Positions 28,208 through 33,560 of a stretch of 33,560 nt of DNA are shown piece by piece (position 1 is the first letter of the stretch; each line of letters begins with the position of its first letter). The position numbers and the translations under genes were made by a program. The DNA lies in assembly GCA_018813625.1 (NCBI GenBank), contig JAHJBA010000057.1, positions 1 to 33,560 on the forward strand, given 5' to 3'. The notes under the pieces are model-generated. The model was given only the letters and a program-made list of their open reading frames with translations, did not search any database and was not told the DNA's origin. This DNA is from Patescibacteria group bacterium (GTDB lineage Bacteria; Patescibacteriota; Minisyncoccia; Phycocordibacterales; UBA9973).

Positions 28208-28393
28208 TTAAATTCCTGGTAATAAGTGGCTCTTGGGCTTATTCTTAATTGTGAAGCCCTGACCCTTGCGACCTGCCAATTGGGTTGTTCGTGATTGTTT
28301 TGCATTGAAATGATTAAAACCCGGTTTGCGAGAAATCACCTTCCCATTTTTTGTTAATTTTAATCTTTTTGTGTATGACTTATTTGTTTTCAT
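28208..28393 (-). CDS. rpmI: 50S ribosomal protein bL35
   Basis: MKTNKSYTKRLKLTKNGK; lies between infC and rplT. Confidence 0.9.
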   Translation of the reverse strand: MKTNKSYTKRLKLTKNGKVISRKPGFNHFNAKQSRTTQLAGRKGQGFTIKNKPKSHLLPGI

Positions 28394-28509
28394 CCCGTTT
28401 AGAAGCAGGTCGCGGTCTTGTTTTTATAATAAACCACCTCTGCTAATTAAATTTTTAATAATATTTTTGATTTTCCCGTTTTTGACTGCGACCGCGGCTT
28501 CTAACGGGA
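28394..28509 (-). mobile_element. family A start-codon insert, copy A3 (rpmI)
   Basis: Minus strand ATGAA(28514)-TCCCGTTAGAAGC...GCTTCTAAACGGG-ATGAA(28393). Confidence 0.85.
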
Positions 28510-28517
28510 TTCATTCT

Positions 28518-29024
28518 TTATTTTGCTTTTTCTATTGTTATAAATAATCCCTTTGGTCCTTTTTTATACGAATCTGAAATTTTATATTCTTCTGTAATTA
28601 AATGAAGCACTCTATCTAATCTTTCTTTTAAAAACTTTTCGTCCATATATTTTGCGCGTCCGGAAAGGAAAAGTTCTATTTTAATTCTGTGCCCTTCTTT
28701 GAGCCATTTTGAAGCTGTTTTTGCTTTTAACTCAAGATCATGATCTCCCGTGCCTATTTTTATTTGTATTGACTTAGTTTCAGTTGGCCTTGAGCTAGCT
28801 TTGGCTTTTTTTGCCTTTTTACTCATCTCATACTGATACTTGCCAAAATTCATTATTTTTGCGATTGGTGGATTAGAATTCGGATTTATTTCAATTAAAT
28901 CTAAGCTCTTGCTTTGGGCAAGTTCTAAGGCATCTCTAATACTTAAAATACCTAAATTCTTATTCTCACTGTCTAAAACCCTAAGTTCTTGGGCTCTTAT
29001 TTGATTGTTTATTCTTTCACGCAA
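28518..29024 (-). CDS. infC: translation initiation factor IF-3 (TTG start)
   Basis: RINNQIRA, LDLIEI, PPIAKIMNFGKYQYE, HDLELK. Confidence 0.97.
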   Translation of the reverse strand: MRERINNQIRAQELRVLDSENKNLGILSIRDALELAQSKSLDLIEINPNSNPPIAKIMNFGKYQYEMSKKAKKAKASSRPTETKSIQIKIGTGDHDLELKAKTASKWLKEGHRIKIELFLSGRAKYMDEKFLKERLDRVLHLITEEYKISDSYKKGPKGLFITIEKAK

Positions 29025-29081
29025 TTGATCTAAATGATATTTAGCTACGGAGAGTTTAGCTTATTTCATACCCAAAGTCAA

Positions 29082-29149
29082 TCCTGTAGTGAATTTTGGC
29101 GATGCGCGGGGCGCGTCCCCTGAGGACCTCGCCAAAATCTACTACAGGA
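29082..29149 (-). mobile_element. family C hairpin insert, copy C4, at the infC -35 box
   Basis: TCCTGTAGTGAATTTTGGCGA...TCGCCAAAATCTACTACAGGA flanked by TCAA/TCAA; minus-strand TTGACT-17-TAAACT follows. Confidence 0.85.
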
Positions 29150-30488
29150 TCAACCGGACTTGGTTAAATATAGTATTTATGCGATTTTCTTCTTTGGCCT
29201 CGCCAATTATGCGTATTACTGGCTCAGTATTGGAGGGTCTAATATGAACCCATGAAGAGTCTGGCCAGTCGAAGCGTAGGCCGTCTAGGGTGTTTGTAGA
29301 TGCCTCTTTGAACTTTGCCTTAAGTTTCTCATAAAGTAGAGTTAGGTCGCCAGAAAAGGTAATTTTATCTTTTTTCATAAAATATTTAGGCAGGCTCTCT
29401 ATAATTTCTGATATATTTTTTTTCTCTCTTGCCATAAGCTCGAGAACAAGAGCAATACCGGCCAGGCTATCTCTGGCTGTATTTATTTTAGAATAAATGA
29501 CCCCACCATTTCCTTCTCCTCCTATGAGTGCGCCTCTTTCAATCATTTTTTCGACTACATTAGGTTCGCCGACTTTTGTTCTAAAAACTTTTTTATTGTA
29601 ATTATTTGCCAAGTCTTCACACATTTTTGAGGTAGACATATTTAAGATCACATCGCTAGGGTTTTTAGATAGAACACTTTTTACGGCGAGTGCTAGTGTA
29701 TATTCTTCATTTAAAATTTCTCCTTTTTCATTTGCGAGTACCAGACGGTCAGCATCGGGGTCCTGGGCGAATCCTATATCTGAATTATTTTTAGAGACTG
29801 CTTCCGCTAGTTGTTTTAAATTTTTTGCCAGTGGTTCTGGTTCGTGCGCGAATTCTCCATTTTGTTCTTCGTTGATTTGAGAAACTTCACAGCCGAGTTC
29901 CTCCAGTAATTTTTTTGTGATTGTACTGCCTGCGCTATTTATAGGATCGTGGGTAACTTTAAATTTTTTGCTTTTGATCAGGTTTACGTCTATATTTTTT
30001 AATACTTCTTTTATGTGTATCTTTTGATAGCTAGAATTGTCGCAAACTTCTTCCTCATTTTCTTTTTGTGAAAAATTTTTTTCATCTTCAATTAAATTTT
30101 TTCTATTTTCCTCGATTTTTTCTATTTCTTTTTGGGTGGCGAATAGACCATTTTTATTTATAAATTTAAGACCGTTATATTCTCTAGGATTATGCGAAGC
30201 AGTTATCATTATTCCTCCACCAAAAGAGAGTTTTCTTGCTAGAAGAAGCATCGATGGAGTAGGGATGATGCCGGCGTATTCTCCCTCTAAGCCTTCTTTT
30301 TTTAATGCTAATTTTATAGCTTTAAATATTTGTGGTCCGGTTTTGCGTGCATCTCGCCCGATTAAAATTTTATGGCCTCCTTGTTCTTTTATCATTTTTG
30401 CAAAAGCACGCCCAAAATCAAAAGCGATTTTCTCGTCTAAATCTTTGCCCCATATTCCTCTATATCCCGAAACATTCAATTTTGGCAT
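29142..30488 (-). CDS. alpha-D-phosphohexomutase (PMM/PGM/GlmM family)
   Basis: SGYRG, ITASHNP, DPDADR, GGEGNGG, RPSNTEP. Confidence 0.93.
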   Translation of the reverse strand: MPKLNVSGYRGIWGKDLDEKIAFDFGRAFAKMIKEQGGHKILIGRDARKTGPQIFKAIKLALKKEGLEGEYAGIIPTPSMLLLARKLSFGGGIMITASHNPREYNGLKFINKNGLFATQKEIEKIEENRKNLIEDEKNFSQKENEEEVCDNSSYQKIHIKEVLKNIDVNLIKSKKFKVTHDPINSAGSTITKKLLEELGCEVSQINEEQNGEFAHEPEPLAKNLKQLAEAVSKNNSDIGFAQDPDADRLVLANEKGEILNEEYTLALAVKSVLSKNPSDVILNMSTSKMCEDLANNYNKKVFRTKVGEPNVVEKMIERGALIGGEGNGGVIYSKINTARDSLAGIALVLELMAREKKNISEIIESLPKYFMKKDKITFSGDLTLLYEKLKAKFKEASTNTLDGLRFDWPDSSWVHIRPSNTEPVIRIIGEAKEENRINTIFNQVRLIL

Positions 30489-30557
30489 GCCTGTATTTTA
30501 CATTAATTATTTTAAATAAAAAACAGCTTTGTTTTTTACAAAGCTTTTGCTTAGATG

Positions 30558-30947
30558 TGGAGATGGGGGGAATTGAGCCCCCGTGCAGAAGGTTTTTGTA
30601 AGGAAGTCTACATACTTAGCGCGCTTGTTTGTTTAAATTAAAAAATTATTAAGCGAGCGAAATATTTTTTAATCGATCCTCTATGTTTTGGAAGAAAGTC
30701 GAGGTATTCTTTTTCCTATCCCGATAATATTATGCCTTACCCTATATATCGGAAGTCTATAGGGAAGACACCAACTTACGCTAGAGCGTATGCTGGAGCA
30801 AATCCGAACGCATTACCGAAGTAAGGCGAACGAACTGCCTTAGTAGCTAATTTTGCAATTAGACATTTGAGCGAAGTTTTGCGAGATTGCGCTCATTCTC
30901 GGTATGCATCAATAACAAAAGGCCAACTGTCTATGCCTTGCATCCCC
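30558..30947 (-). ncRNA. ssrA: tmRNA
   Basis: 5' GGGGATG pairs with 3' CATCTCC-A (G3-U Ala identity pair); T-arm GGGGG-CTCAATT-CCCCC; tag ORF ending YALA*; directly downstream of smpB. Confidence 0.93.
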
Positions 30948-30958
30948 ATTTTTTGTTT

Positions 30959-31405
30959 TCAACGTCCTTTATATTCGCGCCTTACTTCTCTTTCCGTCTC
31001 GCGCTTTTTGATCGTCTCTCTCTTGTCGTGTTTCTTTTTTCCTTTCACTAAAGCAATTTCTACTTTAATTTTTCTGCCTTTATTATACACTGAAATTGGC
31101 ACTATTGTCAAACTTTTGTTTTTTTCGCTTCCGGCAAGTTTTTCTACTTCTTTTTTGGTCAGCAAAAGTTTTCTATTTCTAAGCGGATCGTAATCTTTCG
31201 GCATATTATTTGGCTGGTATGGTTGTATATTTGTATTGATTAAAAAAGCTTCACCTCCACGAATTATGACATAAGCCCCCTCGAGCGATATTTTTCCGCT
31301 TCTGATGGATTTAACTTCAACTCCTAAAAGCTCAATGCCTGTTTCGTATTTTTCGAGAATTTCGTAATTAAAATGTATTTTTCTGTTTTCAGCGTAGTTT
31401 GCCAT
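30959..31405 (-). CDS. smpB: SsrA-binding protein
   Basis: ETGIELLGVEVKSIR, DPLRNRKLLL, GKKKHDKRE. Confidence 0.98.
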   Translation of the reverse strand: MANYAENRKIHFNYEILEKYETGIELLGVEVKSIRSGKISLEGAYVIIRGGEAFLINTNIQPYQPNNMPKDYDPLRNRKLLLTKKEVEKLAGSEKNKSLTIVPISVYNKGRKIKVEIALVKGKKKHDKRETIKKRETEREVRREYKGR

Positions 31406-31472
31406 ATCCAATCTTACCATAAATTTTTATCCTTTTCTTTGCTCATTTTTTATGCTAATATCTACGCATGGA

Positions 31473-31590
31473 TCCCGTTAGAAATCATTCAGTTAATTGA
31501 AATTACGGGAAATAATATATTGAATTAGCTTGTATAGTCGTTTTTAGTAATTTAACTACGGAAATCTAAAGATTTCCTATTTCTAACGGG
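31473..31590 (+). mobile_element. family A start-codon insert, copy A4 (ftsH), divergent interior
   Basis: ATGGA(31468)-TCCCGTTAGAAAT...ATTTCTAACGGG-ATGGA(31591). Confidence 0.8.
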
Positions 31591-33507
31591 ATGGATTTTA
31601 ATTTGCTCAACCAAAAAAAAGCTCCCAATAAAGGAAAGAAAGGAAAAGGTGGTTCAAAATTTTCAGGAAGCATAGCCGGAGCTATTTTAATTTTTATGCT
31701 TATAACAGCACTGTATTTAGTGGTGTCTGATAATACAAAAAATGTGCCGGAGACCCCGCTTTCTGATCTGGCGAAAAGTGTTTCAGCTGGAGAGGTTAAA
31801 AAGATTTTAGTTGAAGGTGAAAAACTTACAATTACTTATAAAAATGATGAAATTAAAAAATCAAAAAAGGAGGTAGAATCTTCTCTCTCGCAAACACTTT
31901 TTAATTATGGCGTTGGGCCTGAAGCTCTTGCAGGGACAGAAATAGAAGTAAAGAATGAAAGTGGATTTGGATATTGGCTCGTTAATGCTCTGCCTTTTCT
32001 TTTGCCTATTGCTTTTATTATATTTTTCTTCTGGTATCTCTCACGTCAAGTTAAAGGAGCAGGGATGCAAGCATTTACTTTTGGGCAGTCGAAGGCGCGT
32101 ATTACGGACCCGAATGATAAAAACAATAAGGTAACTTTTAAAGATGTCGCTGGATGCAAAGAGGCCAAGGAAGAGTTGAAAGAAATCGTAGATTTTTTAA
32201 GAAGTCCGAAAAAGTTTTTAGATATTGGCGCGAGAATTCCAAAAGGAGTGATTTTAACTGGTGCTCCTGGCACTGGGAAAACACTGCTTGCTAGGGCTGT
32301 CGCAGGAGAGGCCAGTGTTCCTTTCTTTCATCTTTCTGGATCAGAATTTGTGGAAATGTTTGTTGGCGTTGGAGCTTCGCGTGTGCGAGATTTATTTAAG
32401 CTGGCAAAGAGAGCTGCGCCGTCTATCATATTTGTGGATGAAATTGATGCCATTGGAAGGACTCGTGGTGGAGGTTTTGGGGGAGGTAACGATGAACGTG
32501 AGCAGACATTAAATCAGATATTAGTTGAAATGGATGGATTTGAACCAAATGAGAAAGTGATAGTTATGGCTGCCACAAACAGGCCAGATGTGCTTGACCC
32601 AGCCCTTATTCGCCCGGGACGCTTTGACAGAAAAGTGATACTTGACATGCCTGATAGAGCGGATCGTGAGGAAATTTTAAAAATTCATGCTGTTAAAAAA
32701 CCACTAGCTGAGGATGTTAATTTAAAACTGATTGCGGAGAGGACCCCAGGTTTTTCTGGTGCTGATTTGTATTCTTTGATGAATGAAGGCGCCATATTGG
32801 CGGCTCGTGAAAATCGCAAACAAGTTTTTCAGTTCGATCTCATCCGAGCAATCGAAAAGGTAATGCTTGGTCCCGAGCGTAAGAGTCATTTGCTCTCCAA
32901 AAAAGAGAAAGAAATTACAGCTTACCATGAAGCGGGACATGCCCTGATTGCTTCGGTGTTACCCAATGCGGATCCTGTGCATAAAGTTTCTATTATTGCT
33001 CGCGGGAGTGCTGGGGGATACACCCTTAAACTTCCTCTTGAAGAAAAACACTTGCAATCCAAGAAGGAATTTATAGATGACATTGCTGTGTCGCTTGGAG
33101 GATATGTGGCAGAAAAAATGATTTTTGGGGATGTTACGACCGGACCATCAAGTGATTTACAAGGGGCAACGAATTTAGCACGTGCCATGGTGACGCGTTT
33201 TGGAATGTCCGATGTTATCGGCCCTGTAGCGGTTACGGAGGGTGGCGGAAGAAATCGTTGGGCAGAGGTTCTGGAAAAAGAATATTCCGAAACAGTTTCG
33301 ACCAAGATTGACTCGGAAGTTTCAAAGATAATAGATAAGGGAATAAAAACCGCAGAGAAGATATTGTCAGAAAATAAGAAGGCCTTCATTGCCCTTGCTA
33401 ATAAGCTCATTGAAGTTGAGACGTTAGAACAGGAAGAGTATGAGCAAATAATAATTGCACACGGTATAACACCTAAGAAACTAGATAAAGAGGAGAAAAT
33501 TGCATAA
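31591..33507 (+). CDS. ftsH: ATP-dependent zinc metalloprotease FtsH
   Basis: Two TM helices, [26 protein letters not shown]. Confidence 0.98.
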   Translation: MDFNLLNQKKAPNKGKKGKGGSKFSGSIAGAILIFMLITALYLVVSDNTKNVPETPLSDLAKSVSAGEVKKILVEGEKLTITYKNDEIKKSKKEVESSLSQTLFNYGVGPEALAGTEIEVKNESGFGYWLVNALPFLLPIAFIIFFFWYLSRQVKGAGMQAFTFGQSKARITDPNDKNNKVTFKDVAGCKEAKEELKEIVDFLRSPKKFLDIGARIPKGVILTGAPGTGKTLLARAVAGEASVPFFHLSGSEFVEMFVGVGASRVRDLFKLAKRAAPSIIFVDEIDAIGRTRGGGFGGGNDEREQTLNQILVEMDGFEPNEKVIVMAATNRPDVLDPALIRPGRFDRKVILDMPDRADREEILKIHAVKKPLAEDVNLKLIAERTPGFSGADLYSLMNEGAILAARENRKQVFQFDLIRAIEKVMLGPERKSHLLSKKEKEITAYHEAGHALIASVLPNADPVHKVSIIARGSAGGYTLKLPLEEKHLQSKKEFIDDIAVSLGGYVAEKMIFGDVTTGPSSDLQGATNLARAMVTRFGMSDVIGPVAVTEGGGRNRWAEVLEKEYSETVSTKIDSEVSKIIDKGIKTAEKILSENKKAFIALANKLIEVETLEQEEYEQIIIAHGITPKKLDKEEKIA

Positions 33508-33536
33508 AATCACTTGATGAAATAGAATGGTGATAT

Positions 33537-33560
33537 CCGTCCTTAGCTCAGTTGGTTAGA
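33537..33560 (+). tRNA. 5' part of a tRNA (truncated by the window; isotype not determinable)
   Basis: CCGTCCT-TA-GCTCAGTTGGTTAGA, an acceptor strand plus D-arm signature. Confidence 0.75.

Noticed and set aside
29022..29024. Non-AUG (TTG) start of infC as novel
   Set aside because: Non-AUG starts are the established basis of infC autoregulation
30037..30519. 160-aa plus-strand ORF and other antisense ORFs (e.g. 5083-5493, 14802-15233, 23175-23645, 32922-33410)
   Set aside because: Shadows of well-conserved genes on the opposite strand with no recognisable motifs
30867..31193. Plus-strand ORF overlapping tmRNA and smpB
   Set aside because: Antisense to two well-supported features
1..33560. 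Alternative genetic code (TGA=Gly, code 25)
   Set aside because: Conserved genes have no in-frame TGA, and TGA terminates pyrH and smpB at the expected ends

Overview
AT-rich bacterial chromosomal segment read in genetic code 11 (TGA is a stop). It is most consistent with a Patescibacteria/CPR (Parcubacteria-like) genome, because uL30 is missing between rpsE and rplO, PyrH looks archaeal-type, and a Cys-rich protein and a lone VirD4-like ATPase of CPR type are present. It holds the str-S10-spc cluster (rpsL to secY-adk-pyrH-map), a T4CP-like ATPase, ndk, a beta-CASP nuclease, a LOG-family gene, infC-rpmI-rplT, a phosphohexomutase, tmRNA-smpB, ftsH and the start of a tRNA. The most striking signal is a set of at least 13 small non-coding hairpin inserts, most with (T)CCCG/TCCTG...GG(G)A-type ends, sitting exactly on gene-expression signals. 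Family A (121-125 bp, 4 copies) duplicates the start codon (ATGRA). Family B (72-73 bp, 4 copies plus a 20-bp miniature) ends in GGG-ATG. Family C (63-68 bp, 4 copies) duplicates the first bases of sigma70 -35 boxes. Some copies appear to rewrite protein termini. Also noted: a 6S-like ncRNA, a structured rpsN leader, many apparently leaderless genes and a long tmRNA tag.
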